Part shown: positions 48,986 through 63,830 of the stretch, piece after piece
Layout of the letters: each line of letters begins with the position of its first letter
Numbering within the stretch: position 1 is the stretch's first letter
Source of the DNA: Antedon mediterranea
Lineage: Eukaryota > Animalia > Echinodermata
Assembly: GCF_964355755.1 (NCBI RefSeq)
Contig: NC_092679.1
Location: 15,173,432-15,237,431 of the forward strand
Direction: 5' to 3'
DNA length: 64,000 nucleotides
Translations under genes and position numbers: made by a program
Notes under the pieces: generated by a model
Told to the model about the DNA's origin: nothing
The model's input: only the letters and a program-made list of their open reading frames with translations
Database searches by the model: none

Positions 48986-50819
48986 TGTCGGTAATCATTT
49001 TCATAGAGGGCGCTGTGAAGTAACTTTTTAATCAATAAGTTTGAGTTTATTTTAAAATAATTAATTTATACAAAAAGAAACCAATATTAAGATATATAGT
49101 AGAAATATTTTCATATAAATAATTCTAAAAAATTACTAAAATATTAATGTTTATAATAATATCTATTATTATAATAATGTTTATTCTATTTAAGTGAATA
49201 TTACGATGATGTTTAATCAGTGGCAAATGTTATAGCGCCCCCATTATCGCCTGTTACCGGCGGAAGAATAATACTTGCTTTAATGACAACATTATTAATC
49301 GCGGCGAAATGAAAAGAATCATAAAATAATAGACTAAAATTATATATTTGAAAAAATCATTACAATATTTAATTTACTGAACACAAATGACCCTCTAGAT
49401 TAAAAGAGTACTGAAATCAGCAACACGTTAAAGACCAAACCTTAATATATGCACAGTTATATGTAATGTGTATATTCAAATTTGTAGTTTTTTTACGTTG
49501 ATTTTCAACAAATATGTCAATTAAGGGAAATTACTAGTAATGCGTAGAATGTATATGTTTTATAGATAATAAATCTGTAAATTTATGTTACTAAAGAATT
49601 TCAAGTAAAATAAAACAATTGTAAATTACAAAACATTCAAAGTATATTTTATCATGTTCATGTCTTATAGGGCCTATGAGTAAATCAACGAATATAATTT
49701 CAATTTATTCAAAATTATTGTTTCAAAAAGTAAGGTACAATGAATTAATAACTTGTTATATTAATGATTCAAAAACACTTTTAAGCGTTCTTTCCGTTTT
49801 AAAGAACCCAAATAACTTTATTAACTTGTGCCTCATCAGAAACTCCAGAAATAAACCATTTCTAATTATTGATAGTACATTTTAAATTTGTGCTTTCCTT
49901 TTTTGTAATTTTAATCGTTTTTATTCAGTTTTTTTTTGTATACTTTTACTTTTTTTACATTTCTTTGTAATTATTTTCGACTTTTTGAGTACCAAATACG
50001 AAGATTGTTACAGTTCCGTGTAAGTGTTTCTTTCATGTACAACTATTCGTTATTATGTAGAAAGAATGAGATAGATTTTTAAAAGAGATAATTATTAAAT
50101 AATGTTTTATAATTTCCAATACTTTAGTTGGCCGAGACTGGTTAAGATAAATCACAAGATAAATAAAAGGAAAGAAGACAAAATAAATAAGAGATAATAA
50201 TTAAATAATTGAATATTGTTTAGTTTTCATTGCTTTAGTTCACAAGAACAGGTTAAGCACAATATCTATGATAACTTTTCCTTTAAAGTACTCGATAGAA
50301 AAATGGAAAAGAAGAAAACAATAACTAAATAACGAAATTGATGAAATATCGAGAAATAAATCGAAGATATTAGTTTTGTTATCATGTTGTAATAAGAAGA
50401 TTATTATTTGATGTAATATTTACTGCTCTCGGTACAAGGAAATCAGAAAAAAATTTATACCTTCTTTATTTTTTGAAAATCCAAATACTTTTAAATTCTG
50501 CCGTTTAATGTCATCACAGGATCCAATAATTACTGATAATCTATCTAAATTTATCATGCTTATAAGTTAAGATATATGTTTTGCTTAGAGAACGAAATTA
50601 ATTAATTCATTTATCTTGTGACCATAAATTGCTTTATTTTTCAATGTAATTATTATTTTGTTAATTACTAGGGGCCAGAGGCCTAAAGTAAATAAAGTCA
50701 GGCGATAAGCTTGAATGAATGAATGAAGATAAAAATGTTAGTTCGAAAATAAAAATAATGTTGTAGGTAATAATAAGAATAGATTTACTTTGTTTCAATA
50801 GTAAAAATAACATTTTGGT

Positions 50820-51365
50820 TTTTAAATTATGAATAATAAAATGTTAAGATTATTAAATTATGAATAATAAAATGTTAAGATTCTTAATCAAAACTACTTT
50901 GAAAAATAAGGGCACTTCAATAAATAAGCCAATGATAATGATTTATATTATATAATTTATACGTTAAAATTCATTTATCTCAATAATAAAAGAAAATTAA
51001 GAAAAATTATATTTAGCAAAATTTATAAATAATTAAGATTATTAAATCACAATTAATAGGGCTATACTTTTAAAAATAAAATAAGGACACTGTAATTATT
51101 CATATGGTATTGTATAGGTAATTTTAGAGGTAGATAAGTTTTTATCAGTAATAAGAATAAAGAAAACAATTATATTATCAGAAATTTAAAAAATGATTAA
51201 GATTATTAAATCACAATCTCTTCTACTAAAATATTTATAAGATATAGGCATAGATAAGTTTAAACTTAATTTGTATCAGTAATAAAAAAAAATATAAAAA
51301 AATTATTTATTAGTCTAAATTATAAATAATAAAAGCTATAATTATAAACATTCTTAAATCACAAC
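50820..51365. repeat. Degenerate AT-rich tandem repeat
   Basis: Recurrent TTAAGATTATTAAATCACAA and TAGATAAGTTT..ATCAGTAATAA at ~160-bp spacing. Confidence 0.5.
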
Positions 51366-53674
51366 CACCTCTACTTCATTTTACAATGAATATAAGTGCG
51401 TATCACTTATAGTAAATTGTCACTTAAAACGAAGTAGAAAACTCTTATAACGATGCTAAGAAGTGACTCTTATAAATTATCTTACCGTAGAAAAGGTAAA
51501 TCAGATGAATAGAAGCTTGTCACTTCTCAAATCACTGTCTAATAGCTAACAACAAACTCGACTCTTCAAGAAAACGTCTTCAAATGCTAAGTTCATGTGC
51601 TCATCTTCAAGTTTATATATCCCATCATGCAATGTTTGTTTTATGCGCGAATAAACGTAAAACTGGTTGCGCGCGAAATCTGTCCACTCAGCAGCGACGA
51701 CGTTGTCCTAATACAAAGATAACCATATGTCAGAAATTAATAGGCCTAACATAACAATAACTGAATGATGGAACGTACGGCTACCTTAATTTCTTCCGCA
51801 GGTTTGAGTAGTACACAATGGCTCTCGTATTATATTAATGTTTACTGTCATATCTAACAATTGTTTTGAAACAAATAACGGAAGCCAGTTACCCTAATAA
51901 AATATCAAATATTGTCACCGAAATAATAGGAAAAAGCCGCAATAATGTTCAATTATTTTGACGTTCATTAAAAGAAGTTTGAATTAGGTCTACAATTGCT
52001 TTAACTTATTACGCTATAGACAATTTGTTAAAACCTGCTTTTTTGTTACAAAATTTAAAAAATTATCAACGAAGTATGAAACATTATATTTATATATACT
52101 TATTTCGATATTCGAATTTATCTAGAATTAAGGTAGCTCAGAGAAACATTCATGTCTAGTGACATTAACCGCAGAACCTAAAATAAAAAATTTTCCTATT
52201 TTATATGCAAATGAAGAATTCATGTATTTATAATAGACAAATTAAGACCTTCCTTCTATCTGCATGTTTCCCATACCCAGTTAGTTCTATTAAATCTCTA
52301 TAAAATTATCAAACATGACGTGTAATCATTATCAATAATTTAATAATGATGATTGATCTGTTGATTAATCAATGTAATCCGTAAGCTTATTTCAAAGTTC
52401 TGCTCAGCTAATTAAAGTGTTCCGTATTATTCGTTTATGAAAGTCCGTATAATTTCGTTGACATAAGATTTCATTTGACATTTTGATAACGTGCCCGCTA
52501 TCAACGATCTATGTTGACTCAACGCCGAAGTCCATCTGTTGTTGAAGAAACGGACAAGTTTGTCAGGAAGTATAACATTAACGGACAAATAGCAATTAAC
52601 GGACAAATAGAATTGTTGACTACATAATGCTATACATTTTATAAACACACGGTCATAGGCCTAATGTTGAAAAAAAAATGTATGTCGCTATGTGTATGAA
52701 TTGCTGTGCGCATGTCTGGTACGGTAACTCAACCACTAGAGGCGAACAGACGGTGCGCGCCTCATTTACGCGCCTCAATATTTTAGACATATGTCAAACA
52801 ATACAAACACAACGTTGAGAAGTTTACTTAAATATTATGCAGTAAGGAGATACTGCTTTGTTGCACGCGTTATTTCATATGATAGCTGAGCACTTGAATA
52901 ACCTGGAATCTAGGTAAATCCGGGACATTTCTCATGTTTACACGCCAGCGTCACATTCTTTTTAAAATTGCAATAATTAGGCCTACGATTTCATCTTCGT
53001 TTACACTGAAATATATCTTCTGTAGAACCCAGACTCGCTACTACGTATTCGTTCCCTACGCTATTAGTTGCTCAATTTCCTGAATCTTATATAAGAAAAT
53101 TTATATTATTATTTTTATTTGTTATTGTTATTAGTATATTGGAGCTGAAAGTAATATCTTAATTATGATTGAAATACAATATTGTACCTTTTGATAATTT
53201 AATGACAGGATATTAGTACTTTCTGATACAAAAATCACAATGTGTCTACTTCCGATACACATACACCCAGACTGATAGCAATTATTATGTAATCAGATTT
53301 TTTTTAATAGAATATTTGGCTCATCTGGAATGAGATATTCGAATATTTATGATTTAAAAATCGCTTTGGCTAACCGATTTATCTTGTTTTTTTGTGGGTA
53401 TCGCCCATATTTAATTTTATTTCATTTCTAAATATAATATCTATATTATTTATAAATTATTTTATTTAGGCCCTAGTTAATTATATAATATATTATAATA
53501 AAATCTTATATTTAGTTATTGTAAACTGTTGCTGTTTTCATGAGTTTGATTGTCTTGTCAAATTATAATTGTTCTATGCCTAATACTACTAATAGTCCCT
53601 AATGATCAGCTGGATGGACCCTCGTTAAATTAGTATCTCAGAAACTAAAATAAATAAATCACTATCCATTAATT

Positions 53675-53985
53675 TACACATACAATATATTGCACATAAT
53701 ATATTACACATAATATATTACACATAATATATTACACATAATATATTACACATAATATATTACACATAATATATTACACATCCAATATATTACACATAAT
53801 ATATTACACATACAATATATTACACATAATATATTACACATCCAATATATTACACATAATATATTACACATACAATATATTACACATAATATATTACACA
53901 TACAATATATTACACATAGTATATTACACATCCAATATATTACACATAATATATTACACATACAATATATTACACATAATATATT
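53675..53985. repeat. 14/16-bp minisatellite with a 30-bp higher-order unit
   Basis: TATTACACATAATA alternating with TATTACACAT(A/C)CAATA. Confidence 0.92.
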
Positions 53986-54490
53986 TTACTTCATAAACGA
54001 ATAGTTATAATATTGGCAATTGTTGTTGTGGAAACTATTTAATCAAATTGCTAGGCCTAACATTATGCAATACTAATTTATGTTGATAATTTCTAACCCT
54101 TTTTGAACTGTTTTTTGTGTGTTATATTTAGGCCTACCACCAAGTATTTTTTCTTTACAGAATTATATTTCTTTTTCTTTCAACAAACAAAAACTAGTTA
54201 CACATGAATATTTTAAGACAGATCTATATATTATTGTATCTATTAAATGTGATTTCCTGCTTCTTTTTAAAAATAAGTATTTATTTTCTCCTCATGTAAT
54301 TTAATTGGAGACAAAATTCCCTTCTAATTCTTTAATATTCTCTTTCTCATATAATATTTTAATGCATGGAAATGATAATGGAATTTATTACGTTTTTGTA
54401 TTTCTAATTACATCATTAACTATAATTGAATCTCAAAATAGTTATAGTTTCACTCTTTATTCTTCCAATATCTTTCTATGTAAAATAAGT

Positions 54491-54844
54491 TTTACAGAAT
54501 CGATTATTATATCTCTTTGTTTTTGCAGAATCGATTATTGTATCTCTTTGTTTTTGCAGAATCGATTATTGTATCTCTTTGTTTTTGCAGAATCGATTAT
54601 TGTATCTCTTTGTTTTTACAGAATCGATTATTGTATCTCTTTGTTTTTGCAGAATCGATTATTGTATCTCTTTGTTTTTACAGAATCGATTATTGTATCT
54701 CTTTGTTTTTGCAGAATCGATTATTGTATCTCTTTGTTTTTGCAGAATCGATTATTGTATCTCTTTGTTTTTACAGAATCGATTATTGTATCTCTTTGTT
54801 TTTGCAGAATCGATTATTTTTAATATCTCTTTGTTTTTTGCAGA
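54491..54844. repeat. 31-bp minisatellite (~11 units)
   Basis: Unit TTT(G/A)CAGAATCGATTATTGTATCTCTTTGTT. Confidence 0.95.
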
Positions 54845-55184
54845 TTAATAATGCCGATACAAATGGCAAGTCTGAGATGACAAGACGATCTTAAACATAC
54901 GTTTATTCAGCTCTATTAATTGTCCAGTCCCGTTCGCAGAATCAACATAGCCTCTCAAAGGTAAATGCATTTTGTTAATGTTCAACCCAGGTTTATTGTC
55001 GTTTGGTCGACTGTGAACTTTACAGCCTACTTGAAGTCAATCTCCGGCCTAGAACCATTGATTTACTGTCATTAGTGAAACACTTGATGAATGAATAAAG
55101 TTACAAGTCATTCAAAATTGAAGGCTGAAGATGATGTAGCCATTTCGAGTGCAAACTGCTTAGTATTAGTGAAGGAGGCTTTTT

Positions 55185-55945
55185 AAAAAATAAATGGAAC
55201 GCACACAATGATGTTAAATATGCGAAAGCATTCACAGATTATCATTTACTTTTTGTAAATATACAGGGATGAAAGCCTAGCCTGGAAGTTTAAGGCCTAG
55301 TAGCGAAAGAGGCTTTGTTTTTAGTCGCGTGCAATGCGACTCTACAGCTCACTGTGTCGGTCGGTTGGTCGGTCGGTCGGTTGGTCGGTAAACACTGACT
55401 CAAATTTGAGCACGTGACTGCAGCCATGTATATTAAATAATGTTAAATAAATGGGACGCACAAGGTAATGTTAAACATGCGAAAGCATTCTAAGATTATC
55501 ATTTACTTTTGGTAAATATATTTGGGATGCAGATCAAGTTCTTCCTATCCTATTCCCAGATAAAGCCTAGCGTAGGTCTAAGTTTAAGGCCTATGCCTAC
55601 TAGTGAATGAGAACAAAATTGGACGCACGATGACGCTAAATATGATACCGTACCGTATCTAAATATTATTATTATTATTGAATTTTGCTAAAAATAATAG
55701 AGAAGGTGTTACTGTTCTCTGATAAAGCCACCCTATGGTTTAAGGCCTGTGAAGGAAAATATAAACAATATATTGGACACACGCAATGGTGCTGAACAAG
55801 ATAAAGATTGAATAGGTCTGACTGTTTCTTGATAAAGCCTAGCCCAGGCCTAAATACATTTAAGGAGGCTTTAGGCCTATAGAGAATAAGAGAAGAATAA
55901 GGACTTCAATAATAATCGATAAAGCTTAGTCTAGGCCTAAAAGTT
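55185..55945. repeat. Degenerate tandem repeat interrupted by the HINE
   Basis: Recurrent GGACGCAC..TGTTAAA.ATGCGAAAGCATTC and GATAAAGCCTAG..TTTAAGGCCT. Confidence 0.55.
55318..55432 (+). mobile_element. Helentron-associated (HINE/DINE-1-like) element, second copy
   Basis: TTTTTAGTCGCGTGCAATGCGACT 5' palindrome, (GGTC)n and CACGTGACT sub-TIR; homologous to the copy at 45395. Confidence 0.7.
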
Positions 55946-58900
55946 ATTAAAAAACACAAAAGATTAGTCCAACTAAAACTGTGATTTGAAAGGGTGTTTA
56001 GGATTTTCCGATAATTGTTATGGAAATTTCATAGGCCTACACTAAAATGGAAGTTAGTTGATTCCATGTGGAGATAGGTACAGTACAGAGAATTAAGTGA
56101 GTAAATTAGGCCTACAAAATAAATCCTATTTTCTATAACATAGGCGTATTCTTTTAATACCTGTTGATAATCTTACATAAAATGTTTTATCAACGTTATA
56201 ATAAAGAAAATTCCAACCAATATTGCCATTTTTCTAGTGAAGAAACAATGACAATATCTTAGTGGTCGTCTGCATTCATCTTACTTGTATTCTAAGGGAC
56301 AATTCAACCAAGAAACGCAAACAAATCAAGTGTTTCATTAAATATTTTATGAGCGCGTTTATAATTAATTTTCCAATGAATCAGCGATATGTAAACAGAT
56401 TTATTAACTTTGTATTAATTGGTAATCAAATCTTGGCGACAAACAAAATCTGAACATTTTTTTTGTTTGTTTCTGAAATGTCTCATGAAAAAATCCGCCA
56501 TTATCCGATTCGAAAATTGCGTTAGGCCTATATTTTAATGCTACATGTTTCCAGGAGGCCTACCATGTTGTAATTATTGTTCAGAACCGTTTCTTTTGGT
56601 TATATTTATTTTGTGTGCAGTCATCCTGGAGTGTAGGCTTGTTCATTCTGATTTAATTTCATAGGAATTCTATTTTGATTCTGTGGGCCGAATTTGAATA
56701 GAAAACGTTTCTTTTTAGTCATGGTTGCTTAAAAAATGAATTCAATTCGTTATCCATTTCCATAAAAGCAATAATTTAATTGACTTCAATTATTACGGTA
56801 ATAAATTCATACAAAACTATAAAGTTTAAGATCAGTCTGTTATTGAATAATATATATAATCTAATTGGCTAAATAATTCTTATGAATTATACGATTTGTT
56901 TGATTAGTGTTCCGTGGTTTTTAATTAAGCCACCAACTCGCGTTTTCACGTTGCATTAAAGATTGTGTTTGTCGGTAACCGAGCAATGCTTGCCAACGTA
57001 GAGCCATAAAAAATCTGGCTTCGTCAAACGTCGACCAAATTCCAAACTCACCAGATTTTTGTAATAATTGATGCTCCGTTAAAATGTTTGCAGACGAGAA
57101 GACTTTCGTCTTATTACTTCTTGCTGAATCAAAAACAATGAAATCGATCGAAGTTACTACTCAATAAACGCGGTGTATCATGTTCAAACGCGAACAACAG
57201 TTAATGAACAAAGTCATGTATTGTAGCGCGGTCTGTCAACGGGTTGTTCATCTGGAAAATCGATGTACAATTAGTCGAATATTAAACGTTATATCGTTAC
57301 TAATGGCAGTCATAACAGCCAATATGGAAATTGGATTAGATCGGTGGTAACTTGTTGATTAGCTAGTGATCAATGCACTTGTGTTTTAACGAACATTCTT
57401 TTAGATTTGATATGTACTTTTTGATGACGATCTTAAAGGCCTACTTCATTTTATTTAAGCAGAATGAAAACTCAAATGTAATTGACTATTCTCAGTCGTA
57501 AAGTGCTTCTACTTATAAGATGAACTCATATTTCTTTATAATCCTACGTTTATTTAATTCAATGTTTGACTTTGCTTTATATACGGTGGTAATCTAATAA
57601 TTTCGTATCATTGTCATATCCCCAAAGAATTTATTAAGAATAAAGCTAAACACAATTAAAGGGATACTTTGGGGATTAATAAAGTGACCCCCTTAGGTGG
57701 TGTTCCCTGAATATTTAAAATATAAATAAATCAAGGTTGGCTGTATTATTTAAGGCCCATACTTTAGGCCGATAAACGATCGACGAGAAATATAGGCCTA
57801 TAAACATGCAATTTTCATACATAAAACAAAAGGAAATAGAAAACTGTTCATTCTCGAACTAGGATAACCATTTAAAATAACACTTTCACAAATCCAATCA
57901 ATTGACGTCATGATCAGTAACAGATATCGTGATATAACGATGTTATTGTTCTTATCAATCATGATATCATTAATGTTTGATTATTCATTTGATTAAAAAA
58001 ATTATTAGGCCTATTTTTGTCAAAGACAGTAAACGATTATTCTATAGTAAAATGAAAACTTTCCTAATTTATTTTGTTTTTTTCTAAGAAAATGCATGTT
58101 TATCTATCTTTCACGAAAGAAAATACAAAATATTAGTATGAATTATATTATCATTTGTGTTGTTATTAATTGCAGCGCCCTCCTAAAACAAACTTCAAAG
58201 CGTTTTCAGTCAACGACGACATGAAATCAAATTTCAACATCAAGTTAAAATTACTTGCATTGTATTGATCTTATGTAGTAATTTAGATATATCTCCGGGC
58301 AATTAGTCAAACTAAACCAACTTAAAATATGGATACGTTAAATGATTGACGTCTTAAAACCCGTTACTAAGTTCAGAGCCTCGGGATATATGCACGACTG
58401 CCGGCCGCGTAAAGTTACATTCCCAACAACTAAAAATATGATATTGAGTGTCATGCGCTCTGATTGTGACTGCGAAAAAAATAAACTGGTGTTATTGCTT
58501 TATATTTGTTTGATGGTAGTACACGGAATAACAAAATTTGATACATATGCTTACATAGGTATAGGTTCAGACAAACATAACAAAGTAACATTGACATGTT
58601 AACGGCAGTTAAAGATTCAATAAAAATTGAATAAATGCAGCTCTTTTAATGGACCTCAAGAGTTTACCATTAAACAAGCGTAATTTATAATAACAATAAT
58701 TGTAGGCCTCAGATATTGAGATGCAGAATATGCATGGGGTCCTGTCGTGTGGACCTGCGTAGGCCTAATAATCGATAATATACACATAATAAACTTTAAA
58801 ACGAACGCCTTCCTTTACCAACTTCAATAGTAAATATAGCGGTAAATTACTAGAAATTGGAAAGACTTATTTACGTTCATTAAAGCGGATTTAGAATTGT

Positions 58901-61900
58901 TCTAACGTACACAAAATAATATATGAAAATAAAATATACGATTTTTTTTTACATTATAAATAACCGTGTTGGTTACAAGAATTTAAAATGTAGTGGTGTA
59001 TATAAGTAGGCCTATAATAATCATCAATAAAAACACAATAATCACATTAAACACAACATCTTTAAATCTACAACACTCTCTAATTTCTGATAGGCCTATT
59101 GTTAAGTTATCATTATCATTTATTATTATCATTTTATTTTAAACTGGTTTTTTTAAATTCCGGTTTTTTCTCACACATGACTCCGTTATGTCATACGTCG
59201 TCATCTATATTTAAAAGATAATTATTACCGTACCTGTTATCCTCCTCCTCCTCCTCGTCATCATCATTCGTTATCATCATCCATGATGATAAAACCTCAT
59301 CATCTTTACCATTGTCTATCTCATTTTGATTATAACACAATATACATTTTAGTTTGATTAATGCTTCTGATGACGGGGATGGTATCCGTTGATGATAATG
59401 CACTATTTATTTAGATATTGATCGAGTTAGTAAAATCTGTTCTAATGAGTTACTTTCACCACATTATACTGAATGACGGAGTAAAAACAAACACTATTTA
59501 GCCACTAAGTGCCACAGATTACCATAAGACATGGCTTACAAATATTGTTCCTTAAAGCGAATAAATAAAGCATGAATTTGTAAGATTTACGAATTATCTG
59601 TGTAATATCAAGCGCCAACTCTGTACTGAAAATAACATAACAAAGTACAGTAATAAACATACCTTATATAAATATCGAACAGATACCTGGCACCCAATCT
59701 TAAATGTAATCCCCCTATCACGTTAATCGTATATACAGTACAACAAAAAAAAACCTTTTTGGAAACCCCCATTCAAGGAATATTTACTGAGTCCTGAAGG
59801 AGTCTTCTTGATATAAATTGTATACAACTATCATTTTGAATATCGTAGTTTTGACACTTATGTGCAATGTTTGATATTTTATTATGCTGATCCATTTTTA
59901 TAAAATGTGCTAATGTTTGTAGGGTCTAACTGTTTTATACAGCAATAACATTTAGGAAATATACCATCTGTATTATATTGTAACATGGCAACATTATTCT
60001 GCTGCATTTATTGCAGTAGGCCTAGTCTGGGTTCCAGACGGAGTTTTGTCTTAATATTAGTAAAAAGAAAAATATTTTGGCACATATGGCGTTTCATACG
60101 TATACTACTTGATTTTGTATTTTCAGTCAAAAATCGCGGTCGAAATAAAAACAAATAAATTAAAAAAAGACAATACAGACTTGGGGTAAGTCTACAGTAG
60201 GCCTAACTACATTTTGTTTTCGCTTTAGCATGTTTTATGCAATTATTTAGAAAGTTTTATTTAGGTAATCATACATATTGCAGTGAAAATCTTGAAACAA
60301 ACTAAAATTATATCTTATTTGCAATAATAAGATAATATATTATCTTCATACAACTTTTGGATGTAAACCATAATCTAGTTTTTATCGAGGTGTTTTGTTT
60401 TACGTAACACGTCTAGTGTTCGTTCTATTTACAAGATTGGTCTTGTTCAATCCTACGATGTGGTAGGGTATAAAACAAAAGTTGGAGACAGTCTGGCCCG
60501 ATCAAATAGCAGGCAAATGAGCACTGAATACCCATAATTACATACACACTAAGGCGGTAATTATAGGATAAGACACATCAGGCCGATCCAAACTTGTTGA
60601 AACGGATTAGGCCTACTACAATATTTAATAAATCGCCTAAGAGGCGGTGCAAGACAACCTTTAGAATGTTAGCTTGTGTTTACATCACCTCTTACAAATG
60701 TGTTATAATTTCTATGCGGGGAGTTTCTGTATGATCATTTTACTGCCTATTGTTAGCCTGGCTCCGGTCGACTTAGATGAAAGGCCCTGTGTCTGTCGAT
60801 AAGTTGTTACAGTTTCTATGTAAGGAATTAAACCACAGAGAAACGTTTGTAATAAGTGGATGTTTAAAAGTAACTGTCGCCACTTTAATGATGGGCAATT
60901 AAGTCACGGGTTAATCTGAATACCCACTCTAGGCCTAAACAGTTTGGTGTGTGTAGTTGAAAGAGCAAATCCTGCATCACTCTGTGACAGTCATCTTTCC
61001 GGCACTGTAAGATAGGTCTATTATAGCAATTTTTAATAGATTATGATTACAGCGGCATGGAACACCAGAAACAATTAGGTGTGATCTGACCCACCAGATA
61101 GTCGAGCAAATGAAGAGGTCCGAATCAAAAAAATGAAGAGGTCCGAATCAAAAATATTAAATCTGATAAGTAACTGCCGAAAATCTTCACATTGAAAATG
61201 AAATGCTTATTTCTGATGTTTATCTTTGAAATAATTCTTAATTGAGTGACTATTATTCTAATCTCTGACACAATTATATTCAACTTGGGACTTGACTTGT
61301 TTAAGTAGTACCCCTTTTTGTGTTTAGATACATACTAGGCATAGGGCCTATATAGTGTTAATTTAGACCATAATTACCTTTTAACATCGAACTATGGAGC
61401 TAGATGGTCATTTAGTAAAATCATCAGACATGTTATTATTTTACCCCAAGTGATGCAATAAAAACACATCTCCTCGGTTATCGGTAAAACTAGCTGGGCC
61501 GAAATACAGTCCGAGTTTTCTTGGAGATTGTTTTCCGCTATAAACGTGAAGTAATTAGGCCTAATAGTTAGGCCTACGATTCCTTCGTTAGTAATACAAA
61601 CTGATTGTTTTTTTCTTTTCTCCACAACGAGTATGGTTTTAAATAGGTGGCTTTTTTACTTAAGCCATTCCTTAAACAGAGCAAATTACTGTGAAAATAT
61701 CGAATAAATTCCGGTAATGTTTCCTATACAGAAATGTATGTGCGGGTAGTATTCGAGTGGGTTTGGGGTCTCCCATGTATAATAAGCAAGTTATATTACA
61801 CACGGTACGAGTTATTGTTAACAATTGCTGAATATAGGCCTAGAAAAACCGTTATATAAACGTATAGGCCTAAGACTAGAATTGCAAGCAAAGTTCAAGT

Positions 61901-63615
61901 ATTCTCTCTCATAAGTAAGTAAAAAAACGTTACTTGACGATCTTATGACAATTTCGAGAGTGTCCCCTTTATCACGCACACTTGTTCGTTGTTATGAATT
62001 CTACGGTTATGTTACTAATAATGGCACTAATTTGTCATAGACTTTCTCACTGCTAAATCTATCCGTTCTTTGAGGTATTATAATTAGACATTTTTATGAT
62101 GTCGTATCAACAAGATTTTCTTTAGTGCTTTTATAAACATTTTTATTATTTATGTTTTACTGTCCAATTTATTCGTTGCATTTGTGTTATTTAAAATTAA
62201 AATTAAAACTATGCATTTTTTGATCTAATTTTATAGAAAATACAAAACAAACAGATTATTTACTCTCTGTATTACGTAAACGAATGTTATTAAAATATTG
62301 ATCTTTTTTTATATTATTATTCATTTAAAATTGCTAAATTAGGCATATCTTAGGCATATCTTAGGCGTTTCTTGTCTGTTTTGCTATTTTAAAGAATTAA
62401 ATTGCAGATTTTAATTAATCAGTTTAAAAAAAAATTAAACTAGGCCTACTTATATTATATTTATTTATTTTATTACTTTATTTTAGTTTTTATATTTACA
62501 TTCTGTAATACAGAAAACGACTTTTATTGAAAATGTGGGTTTTTTTTAAATTATTTTAATTAAAGATTTTTTGGCTAATTAACTTAATATAATAGGAAAT
62601 AACATGTTGTAGGCCTATTTTATATAAAGGAATGGATAACGAAACACGGAATAGTACGGAGGCCAACAGTTTTAGATCAAATGTTGATTTGAAACTATCA
62701 TTGTATTTTTTATAGTATTTTTTGCACAAAAAAACATTACCGGTATTAAACTTCAACTTTTCAACAAAATATCAGATAATTACCGATTGAAAATATATAC
62801 ATATTACTCGTAAATATGTCTCTAATTTACATATCAAATCATTTTTTAAATTTAATTTTCACAGCTTCAGAATTTAAAGACACATTTTTCAATACGGTAC
62901 ATTAGATTCAATTTTGATAAACACAATTTATTTTAAATGTAATTTATAATCTTATTCAAAATGTTAATATGAATATAAACTCAGTAAATCAGTTACAAAG
63001 ATTAATAAATTTATTTATGAATAACAAATAAAATAAACTTACCTAAATTCGTTTTATATCACAACTAAAAATGATAACATTCCTCGTCTTATGACAGTAT
63101 TGAAGTAAATCTGTGAATGACTTGTTGAACTTCGAACAGTTTGTGAAAGCACGGATATAACACAAGGAGATAGTAAAGATACAAGAGCTTAAAACAATCC
63201 CGTCTTACTAATATATTATACTACTAACTCCTATAGTATTGTTGCTTAGAAAATTGCAACTGTAGTTCGAGTATATCGCACTGGCATAAGTAGATATAAG
63301 TCACATGTGTCTGTTACTGAAACTGAAACTTATTGAAACAGTCCCACATCCAATTCAACTTTGAACGAATTAAGAAAGAATTTTCTTTGAAGCCCCCAAC
63401 CCCTATCCAGTCGCGATTTCTGGCCTAATTATTGAAATAACTTAATTGTTTAGGCCTTTGTGTGTTAAGACATAGGTAAGATCCTCTTTATTGTCTCTTC
63501 TTTACGGCGACAACTAATTGTCATTAATTAAAATGAACAATGGTATCCATGATTCCGATTTACTATTATACATTATTGTATATTATCTCTTGTAATCTGT
63601 ACATTGTAATATGTA

Positions 63616-63643
63616 TGAATTGAATTGAATTGAATTGAATTGA
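63616..63643. repeat. (GAATT)n microsatellite
   Basis: Five or more units. Confidence 0.8.
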
Positions 63644-63659
63644 AAAGAAATGGTTTATT

Positions 63660-63830
63660 TTAATGAAAAACCATCATCTGACAGACAATTTAAGTATTTT
63701 TTGCTTTAAATTACATTTTTTCAGGTAAATGATATTTTTTCGATCCAGTTTTTGCTCAAAGTGAAATTAAAATGACATATCCAACAAATAATTTTTTTTA
63801 AAAATTTGTAGAAGGAAGATATATCTTTAA
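63660..63830. mobile_element. Partial copy of the TTAA-TSD element (right part)
   Basis: AGACAATTT..TTTTTGCTTTAAATTACATTTTT.TCAGGTAAAT..ATATATCTTTAA shared with 33135-33302. Confidence 0.65.

Noticed and set aside
53746-54894. Cys-rich and hydrophobic repetitive ORFs
   Set aside because: Translations of the 14/16-bp and 31-bp minisatellites, the latter open in three frames.
59191-59403. Acidic 70-aa ORF
   Set aside because: Derived from (TCC)n/(TCA)n microsatellite-like sequence.
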